64,000 bases of DNA from Pristiophorus japonicus. Lineage: Eukaryota. The stretch spans positions 164,920,001 through 164,984,000 of the forward strand of contig NC_091986.1 in the NCBI RefSeq assembly GCF_044704955.1. Reading direction: 5' to 3'. Below are positions 10,859 through 22,217 of the stretch, one piece after another; position 1 is the stretch's first letter, and every line of letters starts with the position of its first letter. Under the pieces are notes generated by a model that was not told the DNA's origin, did not search any database, and was given only the letters and a program-made list of their open reading frames with translations. Position numbers and translations under genes: made by a program.

Positions 10859-13831
10859 TGTAAGTGCCTGTGAACCAACAAGTCGGGCACACAGCCACTT
10901 GAGGGTGGATTCTGTAAGAAGTGCGCTGTTCATTGTAACTTGACGGAATTTGATGTATCAGCATGCTTTGAAAGGCTAAGAAGTTATGTTGCTGGGCAAA
11001 CGCTGTAAATATAGAACTGCTGTGGTTTACAAATCAAAGGTTGGGACAATCCTCACGACCTCGCGAGTTAACATAGAAACATAAAAAATAGGTGCAGGAG
11101 TAGGCCATTCAGCCCTTCGAGCCTGCAACACCATTCAATAAGATCATGGCTGATCATTCGCCTCAGTACCCCTTTCCTGCTTTCTTTCCATACCCCTTGA
11201 TCCCTTTAGCCATAAGGGCAGTATCTAACTCCCTCTTGAATATATCCAATGAACTGGCATCAACAACAATCTGTGGTAGAGAATTCCACATGCTCACAAC
11301 CTCTGAGTGAAGAAGTTTCTCCTTATCTTGGTCCTAAATGGCTTACCCCTTATCCTTAGACTGTAACCCCTGGTTCTTGACTTCCCGAACATCAGGAACA
11401 TTCTTCCTGCATCTAACCAATCCTGTCCAATCTGATCAGAATTTTATGTGTTTCTATGAGATTCTCTCTCATTCTTCTAAATTCCATTGAATATGAGCCA
11501 GTTGATCCAGTCTTTCGACATATATCAGTCCTGTCATCCCGTGCATCAGTCTGGTGAACCTTCACTGCACTTCCTCAATAGCAAGAATATCCTTCCTCAG
11601 ATTAGGAGACCAAAACTGTACACAATATTCAAGGTGTGGTTTCACCAAGGCCCTGTACAACTGTAGTAAGACCTCCCTGCTCCTATATCAAATCCTCTCG
11701 CTATGAAGGCCAGCATGCCATTTGCCTTCTTCACCGCCTGCTGTACGTGTATGACAACTTTCAATGATTGATGTACCATGACACCCAGGTCTCGTTGCAC
11801 CTCCCTTTTTACCAATCTGTCACCATTCAGATAATAATCTGCCTTCCTGTTTTTACCACCAAAGTGGATAACCTCACATTTATCTACATTATACCACATC
11901 TGCCATGTATTTGCTCACTCACCTAACCTGTTCAAATCAACCTGCAGCCTCTTAGCATCCTCCTCACAGCTCACACTGCCACCCAGCTTAGTGTCATCTG
12001 CAAACTTGGAGATATTGCATTCAATTCCTTTGTCTAAATCATTAATGTATACTGTAAACAGCTGGGGTCCCAGCACTGAACCTTGTGGCACCCCACTAGC
12101 CACTGCCTGCCATTCTGAAAAGGACCCGTTTATTCCTACTCTTTGCTTCCTGAATGCCAACCAGTTCTCTATCCACATCAATACATTACCCTCAATACCA
12201 TGTGCTTTAATTTTGCACACTAATCTCTTGTGTGGGACCTTGTCAAAAGCCGTTTGAAAGTCTAAATACACCACATCCACTGGCTCTCCCTTGTTCACTC
12301 TACTAGTTACATCCTCAAAAGATTCTAGAGGATTTGTCAAGCATGATTTCTATTTCATAAATCCATGCTGACTTGGACTGATCTTGTCACTGCTTTCCAA
12401 ATGCGCTGCTTTAATAATTGATTCCAACATTTTCCCACCACCGATGTCAGGCTGACTGGTCTATAATTCCCTGTTTTCTCTCTCCCTCCTTTTTGAAAAA
12501 GTGGGGTTACATTAGCTACCGTCCAGTCCATAGGAACAGATCCAAAGTCAATAGAATTTTGGAAAATGACCACCAATGCATCCACTGTTTCTAGAGCCAC
12601 TTCCTTAAGTATTCTGGGATGCAGACTATCAGGCCCTGGGGATTTATTGGCCTTCAATCCCATCAATTCCCGAACACAATTTCCTGACTAATAAGGATTT
12701 CCTTTAGTTCCTCCTTCTCGCTAGACTCTCGGTCCCCTAGTATTTCTGGAAGGTTATTTGTTTCTCCCTTAGTGAAGACAGAACCAAAGTAGTTGTTTAA
12801 CTGGTCTGCCATTTCTTTGTTCCCCATTATAAATTCATCCGATTCTGACTGTAAAGGACCTACAAATGTCTTCACTAATCTTTTTCTCTTCACGTATCTG
12901 TAGAAACTTTTGCAGTCAGTTTTATGTTCCCTGCAAGTTTCCTCTCATATTCTATTTTCCCCCTCCTAATAAAACCTTTTGTCCTCCTCTGCTGAATTCT
13001 AAATTTCTCCCAGTCCTCAGGTGTGCTGCCTTTTTTGGCCAGCTTATATCCTCTTCCTTGGATTTAACACTATCCTTAATTTCCCTTGTTAGCCACGGTT
13101 GAGCCACCTTCCCCATTTTATTTTTACTCCAGACAGGGATGTACAATTGTTGAAGTTCATCATTGTGATCTTTAAATGTCTGCCATTGCCTATCCACTGT
13201 TATCATTCGCCAGTCTACCTAGCGAAATCACGTCTCATATCTTCAAAGTTAGCTTTCTTTAAGTTCAGGACTCTAGTCTCTGAATTAATTGTGTCACGCT
13301 CCATCTTAATGAAGAATTCTATCATATTATGGTCACTCTTCCCCAAGGGGCCTCGCACAACAAGATTTCTAATTGGCCTTTTCTCGTTACACATTACCCA
13401 GTCTAGGATGGCCAGCTCTCTAATTGGTTCCTCATCATATTGGTCTAGAAAACCATCCCTTATACATTCTCCAGGAAATCCTCCTCCACCGTATTGCTAC
13501 CAGTTTGTTTAGCCCAATATATATGTAGAGTTCTGCAAATCAACACTTTAAGCTGTTGCAAAATGATTGAACAATAGCCAATGTGGTCTGAGACACATAT
13601 GCATTGGGAGGCCTGCCAAGTTTTGGGTATAAAGGACAGTTGTAAAAATGCTTGGGGCTGCTACAGTGAGTCGGGCGACTTGACTGGTCGCACAGGAAGA
13701 AGGGCCTACTAGTCACTGCTGAACTGGTCACTCGCTGGTGTTCGTACATATGTATTTATTTGTAATCATAGATTGATTTTAAACAAAAGTTACCCTGAAG
13801 TCTTTTGTCTCAAGTTGTCTGTTCCACTACA
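10859..13831 (+). repeat. LTR (~510 bp net) downstream of the env-like gene, split by a CR1 insertion
   Basis: Purine-rich AACAAGGGAA precedes TGTAAGTG; ends in CACTACA (imperfect inverted termini); CCAAT at ~13578 and TATAAA at ~13628; GAGTT duplicated at 11065-11069 and 13528-13532 around the CR1. Confidence 0.72.
11070..13527 (-). mobile_element. CR1 LINE, 5'-truncated, degenerate
   Basis: Begins with the reverse-complement tail ACATAGAAACATA; minus-strand ORFs with [10 protein letters not shown] and GNYRPVSLTS. Confidence 0.95.
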
Positions 13832-14285
13832 GGTCCAAACTCTATATACTGTTGGCCGAACGAAGTATGAATGAATATCTTCCTCTGATACCTGCTTTGG
13901 TATCCAGGTATCAGAGGAAGATATTCATCCATACTAAGGTAGACATGTCTTACAGAGATACTGTGGTTACATTGATGAGCTGCCAGTCACAGGTGAAGAG
14001 ATTGGTAGGGCAACCAAACATGACCCTGTTGTATTAAAGGTGTATGATTACATAGCAAATAGATGGGTAAAGCAGGTATCAGAGGAAGATATTCATCCAT
14101 ATTTCGTTCGTAGGAATGAATTGTCAGTGGATAAAGACTGTATCATGTGCGGACCAAGAGTGGTAAGCCAAAATAGGTTCAGGTCCAAATTATTAGGAGA
14201 TCTTCATGACTAGCACCTGGGAATGTGCTTGAGCAAGAGTTTTGCATGCAGTTACTTATGGTGGCCAGGTTTAGGTGAAGAGATA

Positions 14286-14903
14286 GAGCTAGACTTTCCT
14301 ATGAGCCCCTCAATGCCCGATTGCCTGCTGAGAAGAACCACTAACATTCGGTGAGTAATGCTGGCAAGAATTTCCATTTTTATGTTTAAAGTAATTAAAA
14401 CTAATCCCCCGGTGAGAAAATGTGCATTGCACACTCATTGTCAGCGGTTGTCTCGGCAGTTACGTGGAAACTTAGTAACAGTCGTTACCGGAATGGACAG
14501 TAAGTATTTAAAATTTAGTCTGAGGCTGCAGAGGGAGGGAGAAAACTTTTTTTAAATTTCAAAAAAAAGTAAAAACATACAAATCATTCCCAAGACACTT
14601 TTATACCTGATCGCCAGTTTAAAATTAAAGTAAAATAAATAAAGAACCTTTAACTTACCTTTCATTGCAGAGTACTCATCTCCCACCCTGTTTAAGCAGC
14701 TTTTACATGGCAGTTCTCTCGGCGATCTGGACTTCGGCAGTTGAGGCGGTTGTTCTCGGCACTGCACGTGGGCAGTTTGGTCCTGGCGGGCATTTTCAGA
14801 TGTGGGCGATACCATGAAAAAACTTAAGGAGAAACTTTCACCGGGTGGACAAACAGCTGTACCGCCAAGAAAATCGCTGAGAAATGATAGGTAAATCAAG
14901 CCC
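14286..14903. mobile_element. Non-autonomous PIF/Harbinger-like MITE (618 bp)
   Basis: Imperfect 17-bp TIRs (GAGCTAGACTTTCCTAT vs reverse complement GGGCTTGATTTACCTAT) and 3-bp TSD ATA. Removing it restores the Gypsy sequence seen at ~5375-5400. Confidence 0.8.
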
Positions 14904-16000
14904 ATAGAGTGCATCATCAGTCAGTGTACAACATGTCAATCAGTAAGCAAGAAATCACCATCAGTACTATTACAGCCATGGAAATGGCCCCCTAGAGTGT
15001 GGCAAAGGTTACATGTAGATTTTGTTGAGCTAGAAGACAGCAATTGTTCATAGTGATAGTCACTCGAAGTGGGTAGAGGTGTTTCTGATGCGGAAAATAA
15101 CAAGCAAAACACTAGACAATTTGCGAAGATTGTTTTCTTCATACGGCCTACCAGAAGAAATTGTGTCTGATAAAAGGACGCAATTTTGTTCTGAAGAATT
15201 CACAAAGTTCATGAGCAGAAATGGTGTGAAACATACCAAAGTTCTACCGTACCACCCTGCTTCAAATGGTGCAGCAGAGCACACAGTACACATTGCCAAA
15301 TGTGCCCTCATCATACAAATGTTGGATCCAAATCCAAAGAAACGGCAGTTGTTGTTGGCCCACAAACTGGAAAATTTTCTGATACCTATCGGAAAACTCC
15401 TCACACCACCACTGGTAGGAAACTAGCAGAGTTGTTTCTCTAATAACAGCCACGAACCAAGTTCTCGTTGTTAAAGCCAAACTTGGCACAGTCAGTAGAA
15501 GAGATACAATCAAAGCAGAAAGAGAATCATGATAAAGGTAAAGTTAGAGAGAGAGGGTGAAGTTGAATCAGAAGGTTAGAATGAAGAATTATCACCATAA
15601 ATAGTTAAAGTGGTTACCAGGAAGAGCAATGAAGATATGTGGTCCTCACACATATTTGGTCAAGATGTTTGATCATGAAAGAATTAGATTTGTTCACATT
15701 GATCATATTTTACCTAAAGATGTGGAAGGAGTTGAAAGTTGGAATGATTCGATTATTTCTGATAAGTCAGATAGTCTTGTTACAAGTAGAGTATCAGTTG
15801 CAAATTCTACAGCAGATGTACCAGAAACAAGTCCAAGAGAAAGCCAGAATTTAAGTCTGAGTCCAAGTCAGACAAACAATCTGAAAGTGCAGCAAGTCCA
15901 AATGTAGATCAAGGTCAGCCCTTGGAGAGAAACTCTCCTCAGGCTCAGCTGAGAATGAGTCAAAATACTACAACAAAATTAGAAAATTCTGTTCAAGAAA

Positions 16001-18809
16001 GAACATAAGAACATAAGAAATAGGAACAGGAGTAGGCCATACGGCCCCTCGAGCCTGCTCCGCCATTCAATAAGATCATGGCTGATCTGATCATGGAATC
16101 AGCTCCACTTCCCTGCCCGCACTCCATAACCCCTTATCCCCTTATTGATTAAGAAACCGTCTATTTATGTCTTAAATTTATTCAATGTCCCAGCTTCCAC
16201 AGCTCTCTGAGGCGTGAATTCCATAGATTCACAACCCTCTGAGAAGAAATTTCCCCTCATCTCTGTTTTAAATGGGCAGCCCCTTATTCTAAGATCGTGC
16301 CCCTCTAGTTCGAGTCTCTCCCATCAGTGGAAACATCCTCTCTGCATCCACCTTGTCAAGCCCCCTCATAATCTTATACGTTTCAATAAGATCGCCTCTC
16401 ATTCTTCTGAATTCCAATGAGTAGAGGCCCAACCTACTCAACCTTTCCTCATAAGTCAACCCCCTCATCCCCGGAATCAACCTAGTGAACCTTCTCTGAA
16501 CTGCCTCCAAAGCAAGTATATCCTTTTGTAAATATGGAAACCAAAACTGCATGTAGTATTCCAAATGTGGCCTCACCAATACCTTATATAGCTGTAGTAA
16601 GACTTCCCTGCTTTTATACTCCATCCCCTTTGCAATAAAGGCCAAGATAACACTGGCCTTCCTGATTACTTGCTGTACCTGCATACTATCCTTTTGTGTT
16701 TCATGCACAAGTACCCCAGGTCCCACTGTACTGTGGCACTTTGTAATCTTTCTCCATTTAAATAATAACTTGCTCTTTGATTTTTTCTGCCAAAGTGCAT
16801 GACCTCACACTTTCCAACATTATACTCCATCTGCCAAATTTTTGCCCACTCACTTAGCCTGTCTATGTCCTTTTGCAGATTTTTTGTGTCCTCCTCACTC
16901 ATTGCTTTTCTTCCCATCTTTGTATCGTCAGCAAACTTGGGTACGTTACACTCAATCCCTTCTTCCAAGTCGTTAATATAGATTGTAAATAGTTGGGGTC
17001 CCAGCATTAATCCCTGCACCACCCCACTAGTTACTGGTTGCCAACCAGAGAATGAACCATTTATCTCGACTCTCTGTTCTCTGTTAGTTTGCCAATCCTC
17101 TATCCATGCTAATATATTATCCCCAACCCCATGAACTTTTATCTTGTGCAGTAACCTTTTATGTGGCGCATTGTCAAATGCCTTCTGGAATTCCAAATAC
17201 ACATCCACTGGTTCCGCTTTATCCACCCTGTTCGTTACTTCCTCAAAGAACTCCAGCAAATTTGTCAAACAATGACGTCCCCTTCATAAATCCATGCTGA
17301 TTCCGCCTGATGAAATTTTGCTTTTCCAAATGTCCTGCTACTGCTTCTTTAATAATGAACTCCAACATTTTCCCAACCACAGATGTTAGGCTAACTGGTC
17401 TATAGTTTCCTGTTTTTTGTCTGCCTCGTTTTTCAAATAGGGGCGTTACATTTGCAGTTTTCCAATCTGCTGGGACCTCCCCAGAATCCAGGGAATTTTG
17501 GTAAATTACAACCAATGCATCTACAATCCCTGCCGCTACTTCTCTTAAGACCCTAGGATGCAAGCCATCAGGTCCAGGTAATTTATCCACCTTTAGTCCC
17601 ATTATCTTACTGAGTACCACCTCCTTTGTGATTGTGATTGTGTTTAGTTCTTCCCCCCCCTCCCCCCCATAGCCCCTAGACTATCCACTGTTGGAATATT
17701 GTTAGTGTGCTCTACCATAAAGACTAATACAAAACATTTGTTCAGAGTTTCTGCCATCTCCATGTTCCCCATTACTAATTCCCCGATCTCGTCCTCTAAG
17801 GGACCAACATTTACTTTAGCCACTCTTTTCCTTTTTATGCAGCTATAGAAACTCTTGCTATCTGTTTTTATATTTTGCGCTCGTTTACTTTCATAGTCTA
17901 TCTTCTCTTTCTTATTCATTTTCTTAGTCGTTCTTTGCTGGCTTTTAAAAGCTTCCCAGTCTTCTGTCCTCCCACTAATTTTGGCCACTTTGTATGCCCT
18001 TGTTTTTAATTGTATACCATCCTTTATTTCTTTAGTTAGCCACGGATGGCTATCTTTTCTCTTACACCCTTTCCTCCTCACTGGAATATATTTTTCCTGA
18101 GAGTTGTGAAATATCTCCTTAAATGTACACCACTGTTCATCAACCGTCCTACAATTTAATCTATTTTCCCAGTCCACTGTACTCAACTCTGCCCTCATAC
18201 CGTCATAGTCTCCTTTATTTAAGCTTAGTACGCTGGTTAGAGATCCAACTTTCTCACCCTCCCTCTGAATTTGAAATTCAATCATGCTATGGTCACTCAT
18301 TCCGAGGGGATCCTTTACTAGGAGATTGTTTATTAATCCTGTCTCATTACACAGGACCAGATCTAAGATACCCTGCCCCTTGTTTGGTTCCGTTACATAC
18401 TGCTCAAGGGATCGGTCCCTGACGCACTCTATGAACTCTTCCTCAAGGCTACCCTGACCAATTTGATGTGTCCAATTAATATGGAGGTTAAAATCACCCA
18501 TGATTATTGCAGTTCCCTTTTTACAAGCCCCCACTATTTCCTGGTTTATGCTCCGACCAACAGAGTTGCTACTGTTAGGGGGCCTATAGACTACACCCAC
18601 CAGTGACTTTTTCCCCTTATTGTTCCTTATCTCCACCCAAACTGTTTCAACACCCTTATCATTTGAGCCAATATCGTTTCTTACTATTGCATGGATTCCA
18701 TCCTTTATCAATAGAGCTACCCCACCTCCTTTTCCTTTCTGTCTGTCCTGCCGGATTGTCAAGTACCCCTGAATATTTAATTCCCAGTCCTGGTCATCTT
18801 GCAACCAGG
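16001..18809 (-). mobile_element. CR1 LINE (TTCTTATG tail subfamily), 5'-truncated within the endonuclease
   Basis: GAACATAAGAACATAAG tail; ORF 17644-18834 carries APE endonuclease motifs (GGGVALL, GVVYRPP, MGDFN, SDH); RT ORFs 16289-17620. Confidence 0.95.
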
Positions 18810-19143
18810 TATCCTCTTCGAAACAGAAAACCATTGGTTAAATTTAATCTGTAAATATGGAAAATAAGATTATCTTTTGTTTGTGTTACAGAATTCTACA
18901 GTAGAATTTGGAAATATATAATGGGTTCCATTTCCCCAAAAAAATACCAAGAGTTGTGTATACCATGCAAGTCATGTATATTGATTATTTGTTATGATTA
19001 ACATCTTAAATAAGGAGGGACAAGTGTTATAGAGCTACCTGGTGGATTACTGATGTATATTATAATAATAAAGCCTTCTGCAAGGCAGTTCTTACTTGGA
19101 AGTTATGTGGTGCAGTTCTCTGTATTTGATGTGTCTCACAACA

Positions 19144-19800
19144 GGGACCAATGGGAGCATGTGCATGGGTGATTGGTTGTTTGCAGGACAGCTTTGTGTC
19201 AGTGACATTGAAGAGGGTAGGATGAGTGGCCATTGCATGTGCTTCTGACATCGGAAATGGTGCAAATTAAGTGAAACTTGCATTAATAAGGGCATTCCGG
19301 TCAGCAATATGAGCAGCTGGTGGTGCATTGCCCTCATCACCTTCCTCCTCCTTGTCTTTCTCCTCTTTTCCTTGGAATCATCTGAAGACGATCTGTGCTC
19401 TGCGTCTTGTTCTTCCTGCAGGTCCAAACCTCACTGCTGCGCAATGTTAAGTAGAATGCAGCACACCATGACCTTTCTGGACAACCTGCCTGGTGCTTAC
19501 TGAAGGGCACTTCCAGATCTGCCAAAGGGACCTCAAGTGCATCTTCAGTATGCTGAGGCTTTGTTCGATCATGCATCTGGTGGTCAGATGGCACTGTTGG
19601 GCTTCATTGGTTGCATTTCTGATGAGTGTCATCAGCCAAGTTTGAAGTGGGTATCCCTTGTCTTCCATCAGCCACCCCTTAAGTGGGCTTTAAGGCCCAA
19701 AGATGTCAAAGAGCTTTTACTTCTGTAGGACAAATACATCATGGCAGCTCCCCAGGAATCTTGTGCATACCTGCATAAATATCAGCTGCATATTGATGGA
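19144..19800 (-). pseudogene. Harbinger (HARBI1-like) transposase, C-terminal fragment
   Basis: Minus strand has DKGYPLQTWLMT...TRCMIEQSLSILKM, GSCHD, and an acidic tail typical of PIF/Harbinger DDE transposases. Confidence 0.82.
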
Positions 19801-20102
19801 ACACAAATTACATCCTATATGACTGTGATAGTGGTAAACTGCAGCCTTTGACATGGTTGACCACACCGTCGTCCTCCATCGCCCCTCTACCATCGTCCAG
19901 CTGGGTGGAACTGCACTCGCCTGGTTTTATTCTTACTTATCCAGTCATAGCCAAAGAATCACCTGCAATGACTTCACTTCCGAGTCCCACATCATTACCT
20001 CTGTTGCCCCCTAAGGATCTTCTTTGTGCCCCTCCTAATTCTGTCTGCATGCTGCCCCTCGGCGACATCATTGAAAAACAAAGTGTTAATTTCCACATGT
20101 AT

Positions 20103-20280
20103 AAGAACATAAGAAATAGGAGCAGGAGTAGGCCATTTGGCCCCTCGAGCCTGCTCTGCCAATTAATAAGATCATGGCTGATCTGTTCATGGACTCAGCT
20201 CCGCTTCCCTGCCTGCTCCCCATAACCCTTTATTCCCTTATCGCTCAAAAATCTATCTATCTCTGCCTTAAATATATTCT
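20103..20280 (-). mobile_element. CR1 3'-tail fragment
   Basis: AAGAACATAAGAAATAGGAGCAGGAGTAGGCC matches the reverse complement of CR1 3' UTRs; flanked by ATGTAT on both sides. Confidence 0.85.
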
Positions 20281-20313
20281 GATGTATGCTGACAACACCC
20301 AGCTCTACCTTAC

Positions 20314-21245
20314 TGCTGGTACATGGAACTCGTCAAATTCGGCTTCTAAAAAGTGTTTATGTTTAGCTCATTTAACATAGGGCAAAAAAAGGTGATTGGC
20401 ATCATTTAAAAAAGAAATACAGATTTTACTTAGCAACAAGTGGTCAGGTTCAAGACCTTGGGGCGAAACTTGGAATTCCTGTAAATAGAATGTTCAACAA
20501 GGGCATTGCAACCTACGCAAAGGATTTGATGTATATTGCAAAAGGATGTTGATGTACGAGAAATGTAAACTTGTGTGTGTAAGAATCGGCTGCAGGACAG
20601 TGCATTGACCGGAGACGACCAAATAAGGCAAGGTCAGTTCCAGTTTGATGAAGAGAATAGTGTCTAAAAAGGAAGTTTTTATGTTAAGTTTGAGAAGAGA
20701 GAAACCTACAAAACTCCGCTTGTAAACTGCATTATACTCTGCAGAAATTATACACCGCTTTTAGATTGTTTTTTATGTCTAGGTTAAAAAAAAGAAAGCG
20801 ATTATAACCATAAAGCTAAATTTGATACTACAAGTGAGACGTCCGAAATCCGGAAACCTTGGGACCGAGGCCGTTCCGGATACTTCCGGATTTCGGAATG
20901 CCTTTGTCTGGGCCGAGGTAGGTAGGGGAGGGGGTGTCGGCGGGGTTGTCGGACAGGGTAGGAGAGGTCAGGCGGCCGAGGTAAGAGGGGAGGAGGTGAA
21001 GTCGGGCGGCCGAGGGCCGGGCTGAGGTTGGGCGGCCGAGGGCCAGGGCAGAGGTCGGGCCGTGGCCAGAGGGCCGAGGTTTCCGGACGACCCCGTAACA
21101 GATCAGCTCGGTGTCCGGATTCTGGAACATTCTGAATTTTGAAACTCCAATCTAAGGCAACCAGGGCGCTACCCATCCTGATGTGATTCAGAAAACCTCA
21201 AAAGTGTAGAAAGAAAATGCTCAGCAAAATTATTGTGAAAAGTAC
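20314..21245. mobile_element. Unclassified insert in L2 (possible solo LTR), itself carrying a GC-rich MITE
   Basis: L2 sequence resumes after it; starts with TGCTGG; flanked by CTTAC/CTCAC (possible 5-bp TSD). Confidence 0.4.
20829..21154. mobile_element. GC-rich non-autonomous DNA element (Tc1/pogo-Tigger-like MITE?)
   Basis: TA-flanked; TCCGAAATCCGGAA motifs at the left with degenerate inverted copies at the right; internal GGCCGAGG repeats. Confidence 0.5.
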
Positions 21246-21879
21246 TCACCACCACTTCTCTCTAAATTGTTTGACTGCTTGTCCGACATCCAATACTGGA
21301 TGAGCAGAAATTTCGTCCAGCTAAATATTGGGAAAACTGAAGCCATTGTCTTTGGTCCCCAGCACAAATTCTGTTCTCTAGCCACTGACTCCATTCCTCT
21401 CCCTGGCAACTGTCTGAGGCCAAACCAAAATGTTGGCAACCTTAGTGCCGTATTTGACCCCAAGATGAGCTCCCGACCACATACCGTGCCATCACTAAGA
21501 CCGCCTACTTTCACCTGTAGAACATCGCCCAACTCTGCCCCTGCCTCCACTCACCTGGTGCTGAAATGCTCATCCATGCTTTTGTTACTGCTAGATTTGA
21601 GTATGTCAACACTCTCCTGGCCGGCTTCCCACCTTCCATCCTCCGTAAACATGAGGTCATCCAAAACTTTGCTGCCTGTGTCCTAACTCACACCAAGTTC
21701 CATTCACTCATCAACCCTGTGCTCGCTGGCCTACATTGGCTTCCGGTGAATCAATGCCTCAATTTTAATTCTCATCCTTGTTTTCAAATCCCTCTAGGAC
21801 TCGCTCCTCCCTATCTCTATAACCTCCTCCAGCCCTATAACCAATGTTCCCTCTAATTTGTTCTTCAGCGCAGTCCTTT

Positions 21880-22217
21880 TAACTGGGTGTGCGGCCCATT
21901 CAAATTTTCAAGCATGCGAAGTTCATGTAATTGCCGGCCCTGGCAAACAACCCAACAGTTACCTGGCTTATGCATTTGTGTGTGGTTGACTGGGAGATCC
22001 TGGATACATCTCCGACAGAGCCCTGGAACGATCCAGAGACAAAAAGGTTGAGGGCGATAGTGACTTTGTCAACCACTGGTAACGCGTGGCCGCCAGGACC
22101 AGCAGGCAGATTTTCTTCTAGAATCCTGCAGCTGTCTACCACCACCTGACGTGACATCCTGAGCCTCCCGAGACACTGCTGTTCAGACATGTCGAGCAAG
22201 TTTATCCTCTGCCTGTC
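21880..22217 (-). pseudogene. Harbinger transposase N-terminal (HTH) fragment
   Basis: [22 protein letters not shown]...KVTIALNLFVSGSFQGSVGDVSRISQ, a HARBI1-like segment; continues at 25953-26080. Confidence 0.85.

Larger units (their letters stand above)
13832..19143 (+). mobile_element. Gypsy family B, copy 2 (3' part: integrase, PPT, 3' LTR), interrupted by a MITE and a CR1
   Basis: Colinear with 5290-6175 plus 8971-9400 (e.g. YGLPEEIVSD...PYHPASNGAAE; RFVHIDHILP). PPT AAGGAGGGACAAG at 19012-19024; LTR TGTTAT...ACAACA at 19025-19143. Confidence 0.88.
19820..21855 (+). mobile_element. L2-like LINE fragment, interrupted by a CR1 tail (20103-20280) and an insert (20314-21245)
   Basis: [44 protein letters not shown] and LHWLPV motifs; homologous to 22218-25952. 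Confidence 0.85.
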
